From positions 2,510 through 66,509 of IMG/VR virus record IMGVR_UViG_3300032290_001036: a stretch of DNA of 64,000 nucleotides. One strand, written 5' to 3'. The translations under genes were made by a program, and so were the position numbers. Shown in pieces: positions 1 through 10,100 of the stretch. The stretch's first letter is position 1. Every line of letters begins with the position of its first letter. Under the pieces are notes generated by a model. That model did no database searches. It saw only the letters and a program-made list of their open reading frames with translations, and was not told the DNA's origin. Source of the DNA: a virus. Lineage: Duplodnaviria; Caudoviricetes.

Positions 1-19
1 TGAGAAAATTATTAGTAGT

Positions 20-397
20 ATGGCAGCAACAAGTGCTTGCAAATCAGGTTGGGATAAATTAGAAACGACAGTAAGTCAGTCAAATATAGTTACGTTGTCA
101 TGGCCAGCGTGGAAGTTAAAGATTATTTCGTTTAAGGTAGATAAACATGATTATGAAAACTGCAATTCAATAGAAGAGTTCTCATTAAATATTGATGCAT
201 TAGATAATATCTACGACATATTTGACGATTTTGTGTGGAGAACAAATCGAAACCCGGCAGAGCATGAGTGGGATAAATATCAAAAAGCCAAAGTGGTAGA
301 TCTAGTAGATGCATTTCTTGCAGGTGAATGGACTCCGCCTTGGAAATGCGGTCATTGCGCATCTCGAATGGCAGGTAAATATAAACCACGGTTTTAA
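20..397 (+). CDS. hypothetical phage protein
   Basis: 125-aa ORF, TAATG-coupled to the next ORF; no family recognised. Confidence 0.6.
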   Translation: MAATSACKSGWDKLETTVSQSNIVTLSWPAWKLKIISFKVDKHDYENCNSIEEFSLNIDALDNIYDIFDDFVWRTNRNPAEHEWDKYQKAKVVDLVDAFLAGEWTPPWKCGHCASRMAGKYKPRF

Positions 398-963
398 TGT
401 CTAATTCTAGAAAGGTATACAACACACCTGTTGCTTATCGAGTATCTAAAGATAACGACGTTGTGTATGTTTCAAATAAACACACTGCAATTCTTGTGTT
501 TGATAATTGGGCTAATTTATGTGTAACTCAATCATCTAGCGCGATAATTTCAATATACGCAGTTATGCCTCCCACTCCTTGGCCAACATGGAGTAGGAGG
601 CACATTATCAGTTTGCTTAATGGTTGCTGGCATAAATCGCTAGTAGCCTATCGTAAATTTGAAGATGGCATTCCTGTTTCAGTTAAAGATTTTCGTAACG
701 TAAAATCGTGGGTAGACAACTACGAATATCTAACTGAAAGCATTTATGAAACATTAAATGTGAATGAACGAACTGCGTTAAATAACGCACTGATGTATCC
801 ACAGATACTTCAACATATACTTAGAAGCCCACATCCATCAGTTGCAATCATTGCATTAAAAATTGATGGACTAAGTACGTATCCCGACGGAACATCCTCA
901 TTGAAGCATTTACCTAAAATATGGAAGTATTTGAAAGTAGATTGCAGTGCATTTAAAAAATAG
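397..963 (+). CDS. hypothetical phage protein
   Basis: 188-aa ORF overlapping the previous stop; no family recognised. Confidence 0.65.
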   Translation: MSNSRKVYNTPVAYRVSKDNDVVYVSNKHTAILVFDNWANLCVTQSSSAIISIYAVMPPTPWPTWSRRHIISLLNGCWHKSLVAYRKFEDGIPVSVKDFRNVKSWVDNYEYLTESIYETLNVNERTALNNALMYPQILQHILRSPHPSVAIIALKIDGLSTYPDGTSSLKHLPKIWKYLKVDCSAFKK

Positions 964-1017
964 TCCTCTTGTTAAAGCTGTGATTTTTGTATTGGTCATC
1001 GTGATACAAATATTGCT

Positions 1018-1446
1018 ATGCGTATCCATAAGTCACATTCATTAACAGAAAGTCAATTACAGAAAACGATTGTCTCTTGCCTTTCAAATTTAGGCTACCA
1101 AGTCATGGAGACTGGCAAGGGGCGATCAAAAACTACCTGTAAAGCATGCGGTGCGAAATCATACGCAACTGGATGGCAGGGAAATACAGTGGGTATTCCT
1201 GATTTATATATACATAACAAGTCATGGAGTATTCCAATTGCAGTACCAGTTGAATTAAAAACAGCAACTGGAGCTATTAGAAAGGAGCAAATGTTTTTTG
1301 AACAAATAAAGATTACAACAATATGTAGATCGCTAGAGGATGTATTACGGTTACTTCAAAACATAGAACTACAAATCGGTAGTGAGCTAACTAAAACAAA
1401 ATTACGTAAATTTATGGAGAGTGAATGGGCAGTAATTAATGACTAA
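1018..1446 (+). CDS. VRR-NUC-like PD-(D/E)XK nuclease / resolvase with a CxxC insert
   Basis: GIPDLYI...VPVELKTATG...EQ motif, N-terminal LQKTIVSCL helix, TCKACG insert. Confidence 0.8.
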   Translation: MRIHKSHSLTESQLQKTIVSCLSNLGYQVMETGKGRSKTTCKACGAKSYATGWQGNTVGIPDLYIHNKSWSIPIAVPVELKTATGAIRKEQMFFEQIKITTICRSLEDVLRLLQNIELQIGSELTKTKLRKFMESEWAVIND

Positions 1447-2143
1447 GTTTGACGATTTATTTCCAGTACAAGTTGAGTACTACGACTATGTATTACCCAT
1501 GTATTCGTTTGATGTACTTTGGGCTTACATTGCATCGGATCCTGATCAATACACATTTTTAACGAAAACAAACAAGATGTGGTCGTTCTGCGTGACGTCC
1601 ACAACAGAGGATGAACTAATGAATATTATTGGCGATGCCAAGAGTGATGATTTTAAAGCTGTACCAGTAAGTGTCAAATCATTGACAAACACGTTCAGAA
1701 CAATAGAGTTGAATGGTCAAAAAATGTTTATAAAAGGAGGTGTTGATTTTGTTTGCACATCACTGCAAACACACAGTAACGGTCCGTTATATCCAAGTGC
1801 AGATATATTGTGCTTAGTTTTATTACGCGCTAACACATCAACAGTAACTAATCCAGACGCGTTTACAATTACATCAGATGGCAAAGAATGTGTATTAATA
1901 CATGATGACCCACATGCTTTGTTTTTAATCACTAATATTCACAATGCGTGGAAAGACCCAAATGAAGCGTTGTATTTAAGTTATGTACCAATGCAAGTGT
2001 TGGCTGATAAATACGAATATGCAATGTATGAAACAACCGTATACAACCTAAGCAAAGCTATTGCGTTGTCTGCGTCAAGTTTAAGAATCATGTCTGATGA
2101 CTACAAACAAAAAATTAACGATGGAGAAGAACATGTCTTTTAA
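1439..2143 (+). CDS. hypothetical phage protein
   Basis: 234-aa ORF overlapping both neighbours. Confidence 0.7.
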   Translation: MTKFDDLFPVQVEYYDYVLPMYSFDVLWAYIASDPDQYTFLTKTNKMWSFCVTSTTEDELMNIIGDAKSDDFKAVPVSVKSLTNTFRTIELNGQKMFIKGGVDFVCTSLQTHSNGPLYPSADILCLVLLRANTSTVTNPDAFTITSDGKECVLIHDDPHALFLITNIHNAWKDPNEALYLSYVPMQVLADKYEYAMYETTVYNLSKAIALSASSLRIMSDDYKQKINDGEEHVF

Positions 2144-2720
2144 TCCCAAAGATCATTTCATCAACCTTAAAGGCAAGCAATACTTGCCTGTTGCTGCACG
2201 TATTGCATGGTTCCGAGAGGACCATCCAGACTGGACAATTAAAACGTATGCAGTGCCCGAACTTTCGGGCGCTGATTACTGTACTTTTGCTGCCGAGATT
2301 CTTGAGCCATCAGGCAGACTTATTGCTAAAGCTCACAAGACAGAACACGAGAAGCACTTTGCTGATTACCGAGAGAAGGCAGAAACGGGCGCGATTGGGC
2401 GAGCATTAGCCTTGTGTGGGTATGGCACACTGTTTGCTCAGGAGTTAGAGGAACCTATTACACCAGCAGGTGACATGCGTATTGTAGATACACCACAACC
2501 AGTAAAGACTCCTACTCTTACACCGGGCAAGCAGTTTGCCTTTGAATGTAAGCGTATATGGGGAGCTGGCATTACCCCATCAGATATGAAGCGTGTGTTT
2601 GCTAAATTGGCTGGACATACAGACACAAGTGATCACAACCTACGTTTAGTCATAGAAGTACTAATGGGATTCAATACACCGGAAGAAGCAGAGTCGGTGT
2701 TCTTGGCAGAGGAGGAATAA
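2133..2720 (+). CDS. single-strand annealing protein, Sak/Rad52/Erf-like
   Basis: LKGKQYLPVAARIAWFR...EKAETGAIGRALALCGYG resembles phage annealases; ATG 2133 follows GGAG. Confidence 0.7.
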   Translation: MSFNPKDHFINLKGKQYLPVAARIAWFREDHPDWTIKTYAVPELSGADYCTFAAEILEPSGRLIAKAHKTEHEKHFADYREKAETGAIGRALALCGYGTLFAQELEEPITPAGDMRIVDTPQPVKTPTLTPGKQFAFECKRIWGAGITPSDMKRVFAKLAGHTDTSDHNLRLVIEVLMGFNTPEEAESVFLAEEE

Positions 2721-2721
2721 A

Positions 2722-3282
2722 TTGGACTTGAGTAAATTTGACATCATCGGTGATAGTTACTACGAGATTGAGACCGGCGAATATGCCGGTCCAGTTGATG
2801 GTTGGCTAGGCGATGAACTTAAAACAGAAGAAGACGTTCTTTTAGCTTTACAGCGTTTACTAAAATACGAGACGGAACTTAAAGCAGAACAGCTTGCTAT
2901 GCAATCTGTTGTAGATAGATATAAGTCAATGGTCAAAGACAAAGAACGAAAAGTGCAATGGCTTAAAAGTCGATATGGCGATCAAATAGCAGACTTTGCA
3001 GAAAAGCAACTGGTTGGTAAAGCCAAGACATGGAAGTGTCCATGGGGTCAAGTTTCTTTTCGCACGGTTGCACCATCTTTCACTATTTTAAATGAAGAAC
3101 AGGCAGTTATGGTTGTCCCACTTGAGGCAGTAAAAACTGAGCATCGAATACTTAAAAGTAAAATAACTAAAGAGATTCAACTCACACTTGTTGATCAGTA
3201 TCCTGACTTGTTCTGTATTTCTGGATCTACAGAAAACGTAACAATCAAATCATTAGTAGCAAGTGAGGCAACCGATGAGTGA
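2722..3282 (+). CDS. Mu Gam / Gp157-like host-nuclease inhibitor
   Basis: Coiled coil then KTWKCPWGQVSFR; TTG start after GAGGAGG; next to the annealase. Confidence 0.65.
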   Translation: MDLSKFDIIGDSYYEIETGEYAGPVDGWLGDELKTEEDVLLALQRLLKYETELKAEQLAMQSVVDRYKSMVKDKERKVQWLKSRYGDQIADFAEKQLVGKAKTWKCPWGQVSFRTVAPSFTILNEEQAVMVVPLEAVKTEHRILKSKITKEIQLTLVDQYPDLFCISGSTENVTIKSLVASEATDE

Positions 3283-3838
3283 TGAACTAGTACGTTTTAG
3301 CAGCTTGCCTGACAGTATTGTTGTTAGCACAACAGGAATTACATTTACTGGAGACCTTGACTACGATGAGTGGTCAAGGTTGATGGTTACAATGCAGCGC
3401 CTATATACATCATTCCAATTTGGACTTGGTGACGTGCTCAATTACGGAGAAATAAAACACGGAGAGAAATATGCTCAGGCATTAGACTCTACAAATTCTG
3501 CGTACCAAAGCCTAGCTAACTATTCTTGGGTGGCAAACGCTGTGCCTATTGAAAACAGAGTTGAAGGACTGTCGTGGACGCATCACAGAGTAGCTGCTTC
3601 ATTACCTGTTGACCAACAACGACGAGTGCTCAATGAAGCGTTAGCTAAGCAGATGACAGTGGCTGACTTAACCAGATTAATTAAAGGTGAACCAGACACA
3701 GTTCCTGAAAAACTACCGATGGTAACAGTGCCGTCAGGCATGACAGTGGAAGAAGCAATCGAACGATTGCAGTGCCCTGTTGAAAATCCTACTGTAATTT
3801 TTCAGAGATGTCCTGAATGTAGACACAGTTTCGAGTAA
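3275..3838 (+). CDS. LmbU-like DNA-binding protein with C-terminal Cys knuckle
   Basis: GITFTGDLDYDEW...FGLGDVLNYGE...YAQA...YQSLANYSWVA...LSWTHHRVAA follows the LmbU pattern; ends CP...CPEC. Confidence 0.65.
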   Translation: MSDELVRFSSLPDSIVVSTTGITFTGDLDYDEWSRLMVTMQRLYTSFQFGLGDVLNYGEIKHGEKYAQALDSTNSAYQSLANYSWVANAVPIENRVEGLSWTHHRVAASLPVDQQRRVLNEALAKQMTVADLTRLIKGEPDTVPEKLPMVTVPSGMTVEEAIERLQCPVENPTVIFQRCPECRHSFE

Positions 3839-3844
3839 TAATAG

Positions 3845-3871
3845 GGTCCCGTGAAAGCGGGACCTTTTTTT
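3845..3871 (+). terminator. intrinsic terminator
   Basis: GGTCCCGT-GAAA-GCGGGACC followed by a 7-T run. Confidence 0.85.
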
Positions 3872-3886
3872 GTTGAGGAGGACAAA

Positions 3887-4603
3887 ATGATAACGGTGTT
3901 TAACGGCAAGTCTTTTGGCTTGTCTGGCGATAAGTCATCTGGATTTGTGCAGATAGACAGATTGCTAGTTGGTCATATAACAGACTTTACGCCGTCAGGC
4001 TTTGTGGTTTTTATGGCCATTGTCATGCATGTTGACAATGAAGGATACTGCTGGCCTAGTATCAAGAGGCTGACTGAGTGTACTGGTTTATCTGAGGCAA
4101 CAGTCAGGAACGCACTAAATTACCTTACAGGTATGAAAATTAATGGGAAGCGATTACTTGAAATCAACGGCAGAACTTCTCCTAGTGGGAGAACAACAAG
4201 TAATGGGTATAAGTTATTCCCTGATTCGATTGATCATAACCCTGAGACAAAAGTGACATCAGTTAAACCACAGAAGAGGGATGAACGACCGGATGATGAC
4301 CCTGCGTTTATCCTGTACAAGCAATTTAAGGTAGCTAGATGGAATCTGCAAACTCTTGAGTTACTAACCATTACTGATAAAGAATGGAAGGATGTGCGAC
4401 TTATTATTTGGCAAATGCATAAGGCTGGGGTGACAAGTGACGATGTGTATATTCGCACAAAAGAGTTACTAGGTAAGTGGAAACCAGAAATGGTAACTGT
4501 GCGTTCTCTATGGAAACATTGGGACACATATGCGTCACCATCGTATGCAAATACAACAACATCAGTAAACGTGGAGGATTGGTTCAATGACAACAACGGA
4601 TAA
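3887..4603 (+). CDS. phage replication initiator with N-terminal winged HTH
   Basis: MHVDNEGYCWPSIKRLTECTGLSEATVRNAL; upstream of loader and DnaB; SD GAGGAGG. Confidence 0.8.
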   Translation: MITVFNGKSFGLSGDKSSGFVQIDRLLVGHITDFTPSGFVVFMAIVMHVDNEGYCWPSIKRLTECTGLSEATVRNALNYLTGMKINGKRLLEINGRTSPSGRTTSNGYKLFPDSIDHNPETKVTSVKPQKRDERPDDDPAFILYKQFKVARWNLQTLELLTITDKEWKDVRLIIWQMHKAGVTSDDVYIRTKELLGKWKPEMVTVRSLWKHWDTYASPSYANTTTSVNVEDWFNDNNG

Positions 4604-5021
4604 ATTACTAGCGATTCTTTCTCAGCTCCCTAGTTCCATATCTTGGAATAGCACCAGCGAGACTGTATATCGAGTGGCGATTAATGGACTGACAGATGAA
4701 GACATACTTGCTGGAGCACAGCGTATTCTTACACGGTGCAAGTTTAGACCTACACCATCAGAGGTTCTGAATTACGTTGCCGTCGAAAAGTACGGAGATG
4801 CTCAACCACACATGGTTACGCACGATATTAGCGAGGGAATCAGGGTAGGCACTGACCCTAATAAACTTCATCCTACGGTTGTGTTAGTCTTGAAGAAGAC
4901 AGGTGGATATAAAGCTTGGCGGGTAGAGCCACCGCTTAAGGGGCAGCAATTACAGGACGTAATCAATGAAGTACACATTGTTCGGCTAACGGAATACATC
5001 AATGAACAAAGAAGCAAGTAG
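4587..5021 (+). CDS. putative helicase loader (G39P / lambda P-like)
   Basis: LTDEDILAGAQRILTRCKFRPTPSEV motif; between initiator and dnaB. Confidence 0.6.
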   Translation: MTTTDKLLAILSQLPSSISWNSTSETVYRVAINGLTDEDILAGAQRILTRCKFRPTPSEVLNYVAVEKYGDAQPHMVTHDISEGIRVGTDPNKLHPTVVLVLKKTGGYKAWRVEPPLKGQQLQDVINEVHIVRLTEYINEQRSK

Positions 5022-6384
5022 AAGCTTAGGCTTTAATATCGAGATTCCATCGGATGTTATGAGTGAGCAATCACTCATAGCATCTGTTCTTCTTGGTGGC
5101 CGCAGGTTATTTAGGAATCTAACACACATCAATAAAGGGATGTTCTACAGGGTCTCACACAGCTTAATTTGGGAAGCATACACGGCTATTGATTCACTTG
5201 GTCAAGACATTGACATTGTGACTGTAAATGAGGAACTAACAAAGCGTAACGCACTAGAAGCATGTGGTGGATTAGGATACATCATGCAATGCGCTGAGCT
5301 TCTACCTAGCACATCTAACTATGAGAGTTATGCAAAGCTGGTCATTGACTATCATAGACGCAGAGAGATTATCTTTTCGTCTGAGTTAGCAAGCAAGAAG
5401 GCATCCGATTGCGACACAGACATTGACAAAATTATAAGTGACCTAAATAACTCTGTTTCATTTACCAGTACCGGAAACACTACTGATGATTTATCTGAAT
5501 TGATTTCAGCTGCATCTGTTGCTGCAATTAATCGAACGGAAGATGAAATTGATTTTAGTGTATCTAGCGGTTTTACTGACATTGATCAGATGACTGGTGG
5601 ATGGAGAGACGGAGAACTAATCATTGTTGGCGGGCGACCATCTATGGGTAAGTCAAGCCTAGGCTTACAGTATGCGTGGAATGCAGCATTGCACATGCGT
5701 ACATTAGGTGAAAAGACAGGCGTGTTAATTGTAAGCGCAGAAATGTCTAAGGCGATGGTCACTGCTAGGATGCTAAGCATTTACAGTAAGGTAGATAGCC
5801 AGAAAATACAGAACAGGAAGCTATCATCCTATGAGAAAGACATGCTCGCTGAGGCAACACGAACTTCAAAGACGTTGAACATACGGGTAATGGCAGATCA
5901 ATCTGTCACATTACAATCTATCCGCGACGCAATTAAGAACATGCAGAAGACATGCAAAGTTGGATTGATTGTTGTTGATTATCTACAGATGATTGCAATG
6001 CCATCAAACGTAAAGTCTGAAAACAGGACGCGTGACATCGGCGTAATTAGTCGTGGCTTAAAAGACATAACTCGTGAGTTTGGCTGCCCATTAATTGCAT
6101 TATCGTCTTTGTCACGTGCTGTTGAACAGCGACAAGATAAGCGACCAATGATGTCTGATTTAAGAGAGTCTGGTGATATTGAGTCTGATGCAGATGTTAT
6201 TCAGTTTATTTATAGAGCTGGATACTATGAGCGTAAAGACACAGGCGATGACACAGATGAGACCGATAAGGCTGAAATCATTACTGCTAAAAACAGAAAT
6301 GGGCGTACCGGGGTTTCATTACTAGAGTTTGAATCCCGATACGCCAGATTTAATGAGTTTAGTTTAGGTGCTTTTGACCTTTAG
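5002..6384 (+). CDS. dnaB: replicative DNA helicase DnaB
   Basis: Walker A GGRPSMGKS, VVDYLQM, LSSLSRAVEQRQDKRPMMSDLRESGDIESDAD, AKNRNGRTG. Confidence 0.97.
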   Translation: MNKEASRSLGFNIEIPSDVMSEQSLIASVLLGGRRLFRNLTHINKGMFYRVSHSLIWEAYTAIDSLGQDIDIVTVNEELTKRNALEACGGLGYIMQCAELLPSTSNYESYAKLVIDYHRRREIIFSSELASKKASDCDTDIDKIISDLNNSVSFTSTGNTTDDLSELISAASVAAINRTEDEIDFSVSSGFTDIDQMTGGWRDGELIIVGGRPSMGKSSLGLQYAWNAALHMRTLGEKTGVLIVSAEMSKAMVTARMLSIYSKVDSQKIQNRKLSSYEKDMLAEATRTSKTLNIRVMADQSVTLQSIRDAIKNMQKTCKVGLIVVDYLQMIAMPSNVKSENRTRDIGVISRGLKDITREFGCPLIALSSLSRAVEQRQDKRPMMSDLRESGDIESDADVIQFIYRAGYYERKDTGDDTDETDKAEIITAKNRNGRTGVSLLEFESRYARFNEFSLGAFDL

Positions 6385-7137
6385 ATAGACCTTCTTTTGA
6401 TCACTGCTGACAATGCAATCAAAATTAAAACTGTTAGCAAGATCTCTGATTGATGCATACGATTTACCATCTCGCACAATGCACTGAACGGCCAGTGGCT
6501 TCCCATCATACACTGGCCCATCTTCCCAACCGAGTAAAGCGTCATTCCCAACAACAAGCCTAACAAAATCACGCACAGGCGCGTAGGTTTTACTGTTATG
6601 CAACAAGGCAACAATGTGGTTGTCTCCATAAACGATTTTCCAATTATCTCCCTCCTCTATTAGCCCCCATGGATGAATAAAGAAGACGTTATCTTTATTC
6701 CTGCCAGAATAAAGGTTGTTTCGTTTGGCAACCATGTAGCCATTACGACTACCATCGTTATTACTATTACCTTCTACGGAAACTAATGTTCCAGCTTCAG
6801 AGTAACCTGTGACAATACCGATATGATAAGCATCATTACCAGATACAAGAAGAACAATGTCACCCGGCCTACCTTTTGCTGAAATACATTTATTCTTCCG
6901 TGCATTAGCGAGCCAAACGTCACAGTCAGCACTAATACACAAAGGCCAATCTTTCCCACTTTTCGCCTCCCACTCCATTGCAATTGCACTTACAAATGAA
7001 GCGCACCAAAAACTCCCAACAGGTGCATGAGCATTTGTGTTCCAGCGATCAATTAATGGTCCGCGATTAGAACCAACAGGATTTTCGCTTACGCCTACAT
7101 ACTTTTCAGCAATTTCAACAAATAAAGAATTACTCAT
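6364..7137 (-). CDS. endolysin: CHAP amidase/peptidase plus C-terminal copper-amine-oxidase-N-like binding domain
   Basis: NRGPLID, FWCASFVS (Cys), PGDIV, HIGIV (His), VEGNS; C-terminal TYAPVR...SYASIRDLA repeats; ATG 7137 overlaps the upstream stop. Confidence 0.85.
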   Translation of the reverse strand: MSNSLFVEIAEKYVGVSENPVGSNRGPLIDRWNTNAHAPVGSFWCASFVSAIAMEWEAKSGKDWPLCISADCDVWLANARKNKCISAKGRPGDIVLLVSGNDAYHIGIVTGYSEAGTLVSVEGNSNNDGSRNGYMVAKRNNLYSGRNKDNVFFIHPWGLIEEGDNWKIVYGDNHIVALLHNSKTYAPVRDFVRLVVGNDALLGWEDGPVYDGKPLAVQCIVRDGKSYASIRDLANSFNFDCIVSSDQKKVYLKVKST

Positions 7138-10100
7138 TAGACTTCTTCTTCTTTTCCTCAACACCAAATTGTCGTTCAAAGTCTTTCATCATTAACGTCC
7201 AGAACGATGGTTTGTTTTCTGCGCGTACATTTCCGTATGCTGCAGCTTTGTCTTTACCAAGCGGCAATACAGGATACTCAATTGGCTGAGCAAGCTCGTA
7301 AGAACCCGCTCCGGGTAATCCGTAAGGTTGACCAGCACTTTCTTCAACGCCGTAACCTTGCCATATAGGTCCATACCCTTTTTTCCTGACTGTTTCTGCA
7401 GCGCCTGCCCAATCAAATAATTCATTTCGCAATAGATATGACCATCGTTGAAGTGTAGCTCGCATGCCAGAATTTTCTTCAACTTTTTCATTTGCCGTTT
7501 TAATTTGTTCGGGTTCAAGAAACACTGTAAATCCAAGTCGCCTTGCATTATCTAACTCATCCAATTTCTTTACATCTTCTTGTGTTAGCACGGGAATCTC
7601 ATCAACAGTAACATCGCCAAGCCATCCATGTAAAATGACGTTTCGTCGCATATTACCTTTGGCTGCAGCCAGCATCTGTGCGTCTCTGTAATAGGGTTTT
7701 GCAGATACCAAATTAAAGTGATTTGTTACAAAACCGCTTTGAGTAGGCAGTAATAAACTAGATGGCGCATATTCATATCTATGCTTAACGTTACTAGCTT
7801 TTAATATTGCTGCTCCATAATCTGTGTCAAAAGAAGGCGCTCCAGAAAAATCGTGACCGCGCATCAATTCTGTAGCTATTGACATTAAATTTCCATAACG
7901 AGATTCAACCCACGTTTTGGTGGCCGATTTTGCAAATGATTCAGCTTTGGCTTGAACGGTTGGCTCATTAGGTGACATTAACGATATAAATGGACGCAAT
8001 ACCCTAAATGGTTTTGCTACTGGCAGCATTTCAAATACAACATCTTTTCCGATCTTTTGATAACCAATTTGTTTTTTCGTCACGTTAAGGTAATCATTAT
8101 CTGAAAACGCTATGTTACGTTTATTGGGATCTTGTTTATGATTAAAGTAATTCATAGCAGTTGTCATTGCTAAAATTCCAAGTCCTCCAAACAAACGCGC
8201 AAACATACGACCTTCCTGTTTTTGACGACCATATCCAGTTTCGTGCTCCAAAAACCTGCGTTCCCAAGAAACATCATAAACATCTCCGTCAAATAATCCA
8301 CCTCGTAAGTTTTTAGTCATTTTGCGATAAGGAGTATTAACAAGTGTGTCTCTAAAAAACAAACTAGCATGCCTTAGCCACGGATTAGCGTTTATAAAGT
8401 TACGATGAAACGACGGAGCATTTTGAGTAAAATTGCTAACGGTATTTATGGCCTTAAAAATCGGTGCTTGCCCAGCAAGGTCACCAAATGTTTGCAATCC
8501 AAAATCAAGATTACAGTTACGCATTTCATTGTGTAGATCACGCACAATGTCAAAAGGTTTTTTTGCAACCTGATTATTTACATTGCGCATAACATCCATT
8601 CCGGATTTTAAAGCAAATAAATCACGAATTAATAACCTAGTTTGATCAAATCGTTTTGCATACGGAACAAATTCACGTAAAATTCCGCGAGACAGTGTCT
8701 CATCCGATGGATCGAATGGAGTGTCTGTAATCTTTTTAAATTTGTGTGGAGATCTATTTTGATTCTGAGTATGCTCGCGACGCCATTGAGAATACACAGA
8801 GTTCCACCCATATTTTTCAAGGTCGGAAAAATCGTAATTAGTTTTGTAAAAGCGATTGTAGAATTGACGAGCTGTTTCCATTGACCAGTCGTAATGCCAT
8901 TCTCCAAAATTTCCCCAATTAATACCTTTTGACCTTAATGCTCGATCAATAGCCATGCCAATAAAGAAAGGAACGTCCTCTCTGTTTGGCATTAACATAC
9001 CAACTCCTCCAGCAAGTAAACTTGTTATTCCGCCTAATGGGTCAGTAATGGTGCGCCCAATCATCTGAATACCAAACGTACTTAAGTCGCATCCTAATAT
9101 AAATTGAGCATCATTTTTAATACAGCTTAAAAAATCACGGGCAAATTTTGCAGCCCCTGTAGCATTTGTCTTTGGTTTAATATATGGACCAGACGGAGCC
9201 AATGGTGATGCAGTTGGAGCTGCAGTTGTTTTAGCTGTTGCTACTGGCGTTGATGAATTAGATGGAGGAACAGAATCAGAACCTAAAATGTAATCATCTT
9301 TTGGCAAACCCGTTTCGTAATCATACATTTCTTCTGGAAGGTACACAATTTGTGTGTTTCCATCCTGACCAAGTCCAATAGTGTCTTTTAAAGATGCGTC
9401 CGGAACATATACTACACTTTCAGACTTACGAGCAGCGTATTGCTCACCTCTGATCATTGTTGCAGCTGTTGCCCAATCAACAAAGGCTTCAGGGTCTTCC
9501 TGAATGTTTTTAGGGGGCAATAATGTGTATTGACCATCAGGGTGAAAATCTTCAAAATATTCTGCCTCGTGAGGTGAAGCTGCAGAATACCATGTTCGTC
9601 CTGTCCCTAAATTACCAACATCATTTAACTGAAGGCGAGGAGACGTCTGCAATAATTGCTTGTCATTAATGCGTTCAGGAATTTTGAATTTCGGTGCGTC
9701 CTGCATTTGATCCCGCATTAATAATAATCGCGCAATGTGATACGCCTCTCCATACACTACTCTGTTGGCTACATCAGTACGCAATTGAGGTGACGCATTT
9801 TGCATTTGCACACCTATCAAATCTTGAAGATTTTGCGTTTCGTAATCATTATTAGTAGCCCACCAATCATTAGTTCGTGCAACTACCCAATCTGTTGCAG
9901 ATTTATCCCAAGTTAATTTAAAGCCTACTAATCCATCATTTGAAGTCAATGACTTTGGTCCACTGGTAGATGGTAAGAAAAATACTGCAGATGAATCTTT
10001 ATTAAGTCTAACGCGATCAAGGATGTCTCTAGTTACTAGCTGAGATACTATGCTTTCTCCATCTTGACCGGGAAATAAATCCTTTAATGACATGCGCGGG

